Virus record (IMG/VR): IMGVR_UViG_2541047794_000002
Location: 1 to 51,929 of that record
Length of the DNA: 51,929 nucleotides
Source: a virus
Lineage: Duplodnaviria > Heunggongvirae > Uroviricota > Caudoviricetes
Reading direction: 5' to 3' (one strand)
This document shows, one piece after another, positions 33,561 through 40,790 of the stretch (the first letter of the stretch is position 1; every line of letters begins with the position of its first letter). Below the pieces are notes generated by a model. It saw nothing but the letters and a program-made list of their open reading frames with translations, was not told the origin of the DNA and did not search any database. The translations under genes and the position numbers were made by a program.

Positions 33561-33902
33561 ATGGCTACTCATTACACTGAACTCATGGCTGGCACTGAAG
33601 CACTGGTTACTACGTTGGGGATATTTTCAGCTAATAAAGGGGTAATTCCTGCATTTACGCCACTGATGCAAGAAGATGCAACTGGTGCACTGGTGGTATG
33701 GGATGGAACGAGCGCAGGCAAAGCTGTTTATGTTTCCGCTGTACAAATCGATACAGCGACAAAAACGCAGGCTCAGGTTTATAAAACCGGCGTCTTAAAT
33801 GTTGATGCTCTGAACTGGCCTGAGTCTGTAACACAACTATCAGCAAAAGTTGCTGCGTTTGTTGGCTCAGGTATTTCTGTTCAGCCGCTGGCACGTGTGT
33901 GA
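33561..33902 (+). CDS. Decoration protein homolog (lambda gpD-like)
   Basis: 113 aa, similar length and motifs to gpD (LVVWDGTSAGKAV...YKTGVLNVDALNWPE), directly after the capsid gene as D-E are paired in lambda. Confidence 0.7.
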   Translation: MATHYTELMAGTEALVTTLGIFSANKGVIPAFTPLMQEDATGALVVWDGTSAGKAVYVSAVQIDTATKTQAQVYKTGVLNVDALNWPESVTQLSAKVAAFVGSGISVQPLARV

Positions 33903-33911
33903 GGTACGAGA

Positions 33912-34256
33912 ATGATTGAAAGAGATAGTCAGCTACGAGAGCTATTAGATATCGATGACAAAATGCGCTTAAGCGAGCGTCTTGTCGATATGAATCAGGT
34001 GATGGAACTTACAACCCTGAGTCGCCGTACACTGCTAAACCTTGAGGCTCGTGGAGAGTTCCCTGAGCGTGTGCAGGTTACGGAAGGGCGTAAGGCTTGG
34101 TATTTAAGCGAGGTTGTTGAGTGGATTAACAATATCCCGCGAGCATCAAACTATTGCCTCGTACCCACACCGGAAAAACCTGATGCGGCGTTATGCCTCA
34201 AGATTGAACGCGCCAGGCGTAATGCCCTGAAAGGGCGCAATAAGTTGATTGGTTGA
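33912..34256 (+). CDS. Second AlpA/excisionase-family HTH protein
   Basis: 114 aa; TTLSRRTLLNLEARGEFPERVQVTEGRKAWYLSEVVEWI fits the AlpA/Xis-type HTH. Confidence 0.6.
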   Translation: MIERDSQLRELLDIDDKMRLSERLVDMNQVMELTTLSRRTLLNLEARGEFPERVQVTEGRKAWYLSEVVEWINNIPRASNYCLVPTPEKPDAALCLKIERARRNALKGRNKLIG

Positions 34257-34261
34257 TGAAA

Positions 34262-34345
34262 TTAGGGCCCGCTCTGGCTGGCGGGTCCTTTCCGGCAATC
34301 CGGCAGACTACGGGGCGGAAGGCGCGCGGGTTTTCGCTATTTATG
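34262..34345. other. Element cos site, lambda-like (cosQ-cosN-cosB); cosN-equivalent GGGCGGAAGGCG at about 34313..34324
   Basis: GGGTCCTTTCCGGCAATCCGGCAGACTACGGGGCGGAAGGCGCGCGGGTTTTCGCTATTTATGA closely parallels the prophage cos at 18780..18850, with differences inside cosN. Confidence 0.75.
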
Positions 34346-34472
34346 AGCATTTTAAGGGGACTGGTGGTGGTTTTGTTGTTCGCTATATCTGTATGAATAA
34401 TAAGAGAAAAATACAATCAATACACCAACCTGAAACAGTAATTAAGTTGTGGTATCAATGAAATTACACCTG

Positions 34473-35000
34473 ATGAACAAAAAAAACATGGCAAAAAGTT
34501 GCCGTGTAAGCGCCACTGCGTTCGATAAGTGGGGAGTGATTCCCGTCGAGCGTAAGGGCCGTGAGGCGTTCTATGATGTTGCCAGTGTAATAGATAATCG
34601 GGTTAACAATGCAATCAGCCAGATTACAAACGAAACGGGCGATATTGATGACGATGAACTTTTACGCGTCAGGATCAGATTACTGACAGCACAGGCAGAG
34701 GCGCAGGAGCTTAAAAACGAGCGCGAACGCGGCGACGTTATTGATACAGAGTTTTGTATGTATGTTCTTTCCAAACTGGCGAGTCAGATTTCATCTATCA
34801 TGGACAGCCTGCCGCTTACCATGCAAAGGCGCTTCCCACAGATGACTCCGGCTATGCTGGATGGACTTAAAAAGGAAGTGGCTAAAGCCTGTAATGCCAG
34901 TGCCGGCGTTGCTGACAACCTCCCACAGATACTGGCTGATTATCTGATGGAAAGTACAGGAAACGTACCGGATAAGTTGCAGCTGAATAAGGATAAGTAA
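34473..35000 (+). CDS. Terminase small subunit homolog (Nu1 family) of the element
   Basis: From MNKKNMAKSCRVS...; central/C-terminal region aligns with Nu1 (ELKNERERGDVIDTEFCMYVLSKLASQISSIMDSLPLTMQRRFPQM vs ELKNARDSAEVVETAFCTFVLSRIAGEIASILDGIPLSVQRRFPEL). Confidence 0.8.
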   Translation: MNKKNMAKSCRVSATAFDKWGVIPVERKGREAFYDVASVIDNRVNNAISQITNETGDIDDDELLRVRIRLLTAQAEAQELKNERERGDVIDTEFCMYVLSKLASQISSIMDSLPLTMQRRFPQMTPAMLDGLKKEVAKACNASAGVADNLPQILADYLMESTGNVPDKLQLNKDK

Positions 35001-35011
35001 CGTAGTACGCT

Positions 35012-35287
35012 ATGACTGAATCCGAACTACTGAAAGTAATCTGCCATGCTGGTGGAGTCAGCCACCAGCATGACGAACAGGCCACGCAGCCGGGCAGTGT
35101 CACCGCTGAAAATTACGCTCGTGTGGTTGCTGAGGTTATGTGGCGTGACGGTATAGAACTGAACGGACAGGATTGCTTAGTCATCCGCACCAAAGTGCTG
35201 GCTATACTGGCAGCTAGGCGGAGGCAGGGACAACGCCAGAACGTTGCATCGTACCAGTGGAAGAAGCCTGACAGACTGCGGCGATAA
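35012..35287 (+). CDS. Hypothetical protein
   Basis: 91-aa ORF downstream of terS. Confidence 0.35.
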   Translation: MTESELLKVICHAGGVSHQHDEQATQPGSVTAENYARVVAEVMWRDGIELNGQDCLVIRTKVLAILAARRRQGQRQNVASYQWKKPDRLRR

Positions 35288-35689
35288 CTCTTTGATTTTC
35301 TCGACGGCCCCAAAATGGGCCTTACCATAGCCAGCTAATAAATGAGCAAGCCTCAAAAGTGAGGTTTGTGGCCGTTTGGCCTATTCATATGCTAACTCGT
35401 TGATATTCCTGACGACGCAAATTTACGCCTTGTGGCTGGTAGTCGAATTGCAAATTTGCAACTCGACTATGAAACTACCTGTAGTTTGGGTAGTAAAAGC
35501 AACACACTGATTTTGGGGCTTCTTCGCGATACCTAATATTATGGTATCGGTGGAAGAGATATCGTTTCTCATAGGTTAGCACCGAGGGCGGAGTTCCGCC
35601 CTCATCGAAAAATTGCTTACGAGTCGTCAAAATAAATTAATCGACTGAGTATAATGATTAACTAATTGCTCGTGTTACTTCATTATACG

Positions 35690-36451
35690 TTATTTCCCAT
35701 CTTTAAGGTTTAACCAAGTGTTAATTAAAAAAAGAGCCATTGAGCCTGATAAATTTACTGCAAGTTCGGCATGCCTTGGGGATGGCTTAATTGATGAGCT
35801 GTTCGTTCCATGTGCATCACCGAGTTTATTACGAAGAGTACCTAACCCATTTACAACTGCAGAACAACCGCCGAGAATTTGTTTGAAGATATTTTCAGTA
35901 TGTTGGTCGGCAGATAGGTTAAGTTCTTTTGAAAGAGTTTTATAAAGCTCTGACATTTCAATATTTTTATTATTATACTGAATGCCCATATCATCAAGAA
36001 TGTGTTTGCAAACTGTTTCAAGAAGTGTTCTTGCGGAGGTTATCGCACCATCCGGATCTGTATGGCGCCGTTCAAGTGCTTTTATCCAAACGGCGTGGAC
36101 TCCATCCTCGTTAAACTTTCTTAATACATCAGATATGTCTTCATCCGCTGGAGCTTTATTTTTCCCTTCTAGATAGTCCAGCATCGGCTGAAATGCCTTA
36201 TAAATCAAATCTCTCCGGGGGGCATACTTTTCAGTCTTTTTTATAAATCCCCAAAATTCTTTTAGTGAGCGATTAGTTCTCACAAACTCTGGTAATAGCT
36301 GATGTAAAGGAGGATTTTGTAAGAAATATGTTCTTAGAAGCAAATAATCATTATTAGCTTCATCCTGGGCTCCTGTAGCTCTTGCAATTAGTATGTTTTG
36401 AAGCGCTACTGCGCGCTCTAGGTCATTTTGAAGGGTATCTATAATATTCAT
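35690..36451 (-). CDS. Predicted abortive-infection-type protein with C-terminal HEPN-like R-x6-H motif (Abi_C/AbiJ-like); candidate anti-phage cargo
   Basis: 253 aa, AT-rich, opposite strand, at the right end of the element. C-terminal LRNKLGDAHG contains an R-x6-H motif as in HEPN RNase domains. Confidence 0.65.
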   Translation of the reverse strand: MNIIDTLQNDLERAVALQNILIARATGAQDEANNDYLLLRTYFLQNPPLHQLLPEFVRTNRSLKEFWGFIKKTEKYAPRRDLIYKAFQPMLDYLEGKNKAPADEDISDVLRKFNEDGVHAVWIKALERRHTDPDGAITSARTLLETVCKHILDDMGIQYNNKNIEMSELYKTLSKELNLSADQHTENIFKQILGGCSAVVNGLGTLRNKLGDAHGTNSSSIKPSPRHAELAVNLSGSMALFLINTWLNLKDGK

Positions 36452-36610
36452 AACAAATCTTTATTCACTTCATTTGTGGGTTGATAATTGAATGGTTTGT
36501 ACATTGATTTCTGTGTATTGCAGTGTGTATTGCAACATAGCCATTCAGGTAGAGATTATGCTCTATTTTTCCTCTTATATCATTCACATACTTACACCAT
36601 TGACTCATGT

Positions 36611-36620
36611 AGCCGAAGCA
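36611..36620. repeat. Right copy of the 10-bp direct repeat AGCCGAAGCA (att core, right junction)
   Basis: Identical to 25173..25182; followed by E sequence resuming in frame (HEVNPQMTL...). Confidence 0.75.
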
Positions 36621-37401
36621 TGAGGTGAATCCGCAGATGACCCTGCGTCGCCTGCCGGATGAAGATCCGCAGAATCTGGCGGACCCGGCTTACCGCCGCC
36701 GTCGCATCATCATGCAGAACATGCGTGACGAAGAGCTGGCCATTGCCCAGGTCGAAGAGATGCAGGCAGTTTCTGCCGTGCTTAAGGGCAAATACACCAT
36801 GACCGGTGAAGCCTTTGATCCGGTTGAGGTGGATATGGGGCGCAGTGCGGCAAACAACATCACACAGTCCGGTGGCACGGAGTGGAGCAAGCGCGACAAG
36901 TCCACGTATGACCCGACCGACGATATCGAAGCCTACGCGCTGAACGCCAGCGGCGTGGTGAATATCATCGTGTTTGATCCGAAAGGATGGGCGCTGTTCC
37001 GTTCCTTCAAGGCCGTCAAGGATAAGCTGGATACCCGTCGCGGCTCTCATTCCGAGCTGGAGACAGCGGTAAAAGACCTGGGCAAAGCGGTGTCTTATAA
37101 GGGAATGTATGGCGATGTGGCCATCGTCGTGTATTCCGGACAGTACGTGGAAAACGGCGTCAAAAAGAACTTCCTGCCGGACAACACGGTGGTGCTGGGG
37201 AACACTCAGGCACGCGGTCTGCGTACCTATGGCTGTATTCAGGATGCGGACGCACAGCGCGAAGGCATTAACGCCTCTGCCCGTTACCCGAAAAACTGGG
37301 TGACTACCGGCGATCCGGCGCGTGAGTTCACCATGATTCAGTCAGCACCGCTGATGCTGCTGGCTGACCCTGATGAATTCGTGTCCGTACAACTGGCGTA
37401 A
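36613..37401 (+). pseudogene. E: Major capsid protein E, 3' fragment (no start codon; separated from the 5' fragment by the element)
   Basis: PKHEVNPQMTLRRLPDEDPQNLADPAYRRRRIIMQNMRDEELAIAQ... to the end matches lambda gpE residues about 80-341; an in-frame TAG lies immediately upstream. Confidence 0.85.
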
Positions 37402-37442
37402 TCATGGCCCTTCGGGGCCATTTTCTCTCTGTGGAGGAGTCC

Positions 37443-37841
37443 ATGACGAAAGATGAACTGATTGCCCGTCTCCGCTCGCTGGGTGAGCAACTGAACCGTG
37501 ATGTCAGCCTGACGGGGACGAAAGAAGAACTGGCGCTCCGTGTGGCAGAGCTGGAAGAGGAGCTTGATGACACGGATGACACTGCCGGTCAGGACACCCC
37601 TCTCAGCCCGGAAAATGTGCTGACCGGGCATGAAAATGAGGTGGTATCAGCGCAGCCGGATACCGTGATTCAGGATACGGCTGAACTGGTCACGGTCGTG
37701 GCACTGGTGACGCTGCATACTGATGCACTTCACGCCACGAGGGATAAACCTGTGGCATTTGTGCTGCCGGGAACGGCGTTTCGTGTCTCTGCCGGTGTGG
37801 CAGCCGAAATGACAGAACGTGGCCTGGCCAGAATGCAATAA
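37443..37841 (+). CDS. FI: Head assembly protein FI
   Basis: From MTKDELIARLRSLGEQLN...; matches lambda gpFI. Confidence 0.85.
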   Translation: MTKDELIARLRSLGEQLNRDVSLTGTKEELALRVAELEEELDDTDDTAGQDTPLSPENVLTGHENEVVSAQPDTVIQDTAELVTVVALVTLHTDALHATRDKPVAFVLPGTAFRVSAGVAAEMTERGLARMQ

Positions 37842-37852
37842 CGGGAGGCGCT

Positions 37853-38206
37853 GTGGCTGATTTCGATAACCTGTTCGATGCTGCCATTGCCCGCGCTGAT
37901 GAAACGATACGCGGGTATATGGGAACGTCAGCCACCATGACATCCGGTGAGCAGTCCGGTGCTGTGATACGTGGTGTTTTTGATGACCCTGAAAATATCA
38001 GCTATGCCGGACAGGGTGTGCGCGTTGAAGGCTCCAGCCCGTCCCTGTTTGTCCGGACTGATGATGTGCGGCAGCTGCGGCGTGGAGACACGCTGACCAT
38101 CGGTGAGGAAAACTTCTGGATAGACCGGGTTTCGCCGGATGATGGCGGAAGCTGTCATCTCTGGCTTGGACGGGGCGTACCGCCTGCCGTTAACCGTCGT
38201 CGCTGA
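37853..38206 (+). CDS. FII: Head-tail joining protein FII
   Basis: 117 aa matching lambda gpFII. Confidence 0.9.
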   Translation: MADFDNLFDAAIARADETIRGYMGTSATMTSGEQSGAVIRGVFDDPENISYAGQGVRVEGSSPSLFVRTDDVRQLRRGDTLTIGEENFWIDRVSPDDGGSCHLWLGRGVPPAVNRRR

Positions 38207-38217
38207 AAGGAGGAGGT

Positions 38218-38796
38218 ATGGCCATAAAAGGTCTTGAGCAGGCCGTTGAAAACCTCAGCCGTATCAGCAAAACGGCGGTGCCTGGTGCCGCAGCAATGGC
38301 CATTAACCGCGTTGCTTCATCCGCGATATCGCAGTCGGCGTCACAGGTTGCCCGTGAGACAAAGGTACGCCGGAAACTGGTAAAGGAAAGGGCCAGGCTG
38401 AAAAGGGCCACGGTCAAAAATCCGCAGGCCAGAATCAAGGTTAACCGGGGGGATTTGCCCGTAATCAGGCTGGGTAACGCGCGGGTTGTCCTGTCCCGAC
38501 GCAGGCGTCGTAAAAAGGGGCAGCGTTCAGCCCTGAAAGGTGGCGGCAGTGTGCTTGTGGTGGGAAACCGTCGTATTCCCGGCGCGTTTATTCAGCAACT
38601 GAAAAATGGCCGCTGGCATGTCATGCAGCGTGTGGCCGGGAAAAACCGTTACCCCATTGATGTGGTGAAAATCCCGATGGCGGTGCCGCTTACCACGGCG
38701 TTTAAACAGCATATTGAGCGGATACGGCGTGAGCGTCTTCCGAAAGAGCTGGGCTATGCGCTGCAGCATCAACTGAGGATGGTAATAAAGCGATGA
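38218..38796 (+). CDS. Z: Tail completion protein Z
   Basis: 192 aa matching lambda gpZ. Confidence 0.9.
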   Translation: MAIKGLEQAVENLSRISKTAVPGAAAMAINRVASSAISQSASQVARETKVRRKLVKERARLKRATVKNPQARIKVNRGDLPVIRLGNARVVLSRRRRRKKGQRSALKGGGSVLVVGNRRIPGAFIQQLKNGRWHVMQRVAGKNRYPIDVVKIPMAVPLTTAFKQHIERIRRERLPKELGYALQHQLRMVIKR

Positions 38797-39188
38797 AACA
38801 TACTGAACTCCGAGCAGCCGTACTGGATGCACTGGAGAAGCATGACACCGGGGCGACGCTTTTTGATGGTCGCCCCGCTGTTTTTGATGAGGAAGATTTT
38901 CCGGCAATTGCCGTTTATCTCACCGGCGCTGAATACACGGGCGAAGAGCTGGACAGCGATACCTGGCAGGCGGAGCTGCATATTGAAGTTTTCCTGCCTG
39001 CTCAGGTGCCGGATTCAGAGCTGGATTCGTGGATGGAGTCCCGGATTTATCCGGTGATGAGCGATATCCCGGCACTGTCAGATTTGATCACCAGTATGGT
39101 GGCCAGTGGCTATGACTACCGGCGCGACGATGATGCGGGCCTGTGGAGTTCAGCCGATCTGACTTATGTCATTACCTATGAAATGTGA
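38793..39188 (+). CDS. U: Tail terminator protein U
   Basis: 131 aa matching lambda gpU. Confidence 0.9.
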   Translation: MKHTELRAAVLDALEKHDTGATLFDGRPAVFDEEDFPAIAVYLTGAEYTGEELDSDTWQAELHIEVFLPAQVPDSELDSWMESRIYPVMSDIPALSDLITSMVASGYDYRRDDDAGLWSSADLTYVITYEM

Positions 39189-39195
39189 GGACGAT

Positions 39196-39936
39196 ATGCC
39201 TGTACCAAATCCAGTAATGCCGGTGAAAGGGGCCGGGACCACACTGTGGGTTTATAAGGGGAACGGTGACCCTTATGCGAACCCGCTTTCAGACGTTGAC
39301 TGGTCGCGTCTGGCTAAAGTTAAAGACCTGACGCCCGGCGAACTGACCGCTGAGTCCTATGACGACAGCTATCTCGATGATGAAGATGCGGACTGGACTG
39401 CGACCGGGCAGGGGCAGAAATCTGCCGGAGATACCAGCTTCACGCTGGCGTGGATGCCCGGAGAGCAGGGGCAGCAGGCGCTGCTGGCGTGGTTTAATGA
39501 AGGGGATACCCGTGCCTATAAAATCCGCTTCCCGAACGGCACGGTCGATGTGTTCCGCGGCTGGGTCAGCAGTATCGGTAAGGCGGTGACGGCGAAGGAA
39601 GTGATCACCCGCACGGTGAAAGTCACCAACGTGGGACGTCCGTCGATGGCAGAAGATCGCAGCACGGTAACAGCGGCAACCGGCATGACCGTGACGCCTG
39701 CCAGCACTTCGGTGGTGAAAGGGCAGAGCACCACGCTGACCGTGTCATTCCAGCCGGAAGGCGCAACCGACAAGAGCTTCCGTGCGGTGTCTGCGGATAA
39801 AACAAAAGCCACCGTGTCGGTCAGTGGTATGACCATCACCGTGAAAGGTGTTGCTGCAGGCAAGGTCAACATTCCGGTTGTATCCGGTAATGGTGAACTT
39901 GCTGTGGTTGCAGAAATCACCGTCACCGACAGTTAA
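39196..39936 (+). CDS. V: Major tail tube protein V
   Basis: From [22 protein letters not shown]...; matches lambda gpV including the C-terminal Ig-like domain. Confidence 0.9.
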   Translation: MPVPNPVMPVKGAGTTLWVYKGNGDPYANPLSDVDWSRLAKVKDLTPGELTAESYDDSYLDDEDADWTATGQGQKSAGDTSFTLAWMPGEQGQQALLAWFNEGDTRAYKIRFPNGTVDVFRGWVSSIGKAVTAKEVITRTVKVTNVGRPSMAEDRSTVTAATGMTVTPASTSVVKGQSTTLTVSFQPEGATDKSFRAVSADKTKATVSVSGMTITVKGVAAGKVNIPVVSGNGELAVVAEITVTDS

Positions 39937-39951
39937 TCCGGAGAGTCAGCG

Positions 39952-40374
39952 ATGTTCCTGAAAACCGAATCATTTGAATATAACGGTGTGAGCGTCACGC
40001 TTTCTGAACTGTCAGCCCTGCAGCGTATTGAGCATCTCGCCCTGCTGAAACGACAGGCAGAACAGGCGGGATCCAGTCTCAATCGACAGGTGAGCGTGGA
40101 AGATCTCGTCAGAACCGGTGCTTTTCTGGTGGCGATGTCCCTGTGGCATAGCCATCCGCAGAAGACAAAGATGCCGTCCATGAATGAAGCCGTTAAACAA
40201 ATTGAGCAGGAAGTGCTTACCACCTGGCCCACAGAGGCAATTGCTCAGGCTGAAAATGTGGTAATGCGTCTGTCCGGTATGTCTGAGTTTGTTGTGAATG
40301 ATGCACCTGAACAGGCAGATGACGCCGGGCCCGCAGAGCCTGTTTCTGCGGGAAAGTGTTCGACGGTGAGCTGA
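39952..40374 (+). CDS. G: Tail assembly chaperone G
   Basis: 140 aa matching lambda gpG. Confidence 0.9.
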   Translation: MFLKTESFEYNGVSVTLSELSALQRIEHLALLKRQAEQAGSSLNRQVSVEDLVRTGAFLVAMSLWHSHPQKTKMPSMNEAVKQIEQEVLTTWPTEAIAQAENVVMRLSGMSEFVVNDAPEQADDAGPAEPVSAGKCSTVS

Positions 40375-40790
40375 GTTTTGCCCTGAAACTGGCGCGTGAG
40401 ATGGGGCGACCCGACTGGCGCGCCATGCTTGCCGGGATGTCATCCACGGAGTATGCCGACTGGCACCGCTTTTACAGTACCCATTATTTTCATGATGTTC
40501 TGCTGGATATGCACTTTTCCGGGCTGACGTACACCGTGCTCAGCCTGTTTTTCAGCGATCCGGATATGCATCCGCTGGATTTCAGTCTGCTGAACCGGCG
40601 CGAGGCTGACGAAGAGCCTGAAGATGATGTGCTGATGCAGAAAGCGGCAGGGCTTGCCGGAGGCGTTCGTTTTGGCCCGGACGGGAATGAAGTTATCCCC
40701 GCTTCCCCGGATGTGGCGGACATGACGGAGGATGACGTAATGCTGATGACAGTATCAGAAGGGATCGCAGGAGGAGTCCGGTATGGCTGA
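40356..40790 (+). CDS. T: Tail assembly protein T, expressed as the G-T fusion by -1 programmed frameshift
   Basis: Slippery heptamer GGGAAAG at 40349..40355 at the end of G; the -1 frame continues as (V)FDGELSFALKLAREMGRPDW... matching lambda gpT. Confidence 0.8.
   Translation: MFDGELSFALKLAREMGRPDWRAMLAGMSSTEYADWHRFYSTHYFHDVLLDMHFSGLTYTVLSLFFSDPDMHPLDFSLLNRREADEEPEDDVLMQKAAGLAGGVRFGPDGNEVIPASPDVADMTEDDVMLMTVSEGIAGGVRYG

Larger units (their letters stand above)
25183..36610. mobile_element. About 11.4 kb integrative phage-satellite / PICI-like element inserted in gene E
   Basis: Bounded by the 10-bp direct repeat. Gene content: int, alpA, primase-helicase with adjacent iteron origin, E-like and D-like capsid homologs, second AlpA-like gene, cos, Nu1-like TerS, AT-rich cargo. 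Removing it restores a contiguous E reading frame. Confidence 0.85.

Noticed and set aside
34249-34461. 70-aa plus-strand ORF overlapping the element's cos
   Set aside because: Same reason: a reading frame through the cos site. The similarity between the two peptides reflects cos DNA conservation, not a protein family.
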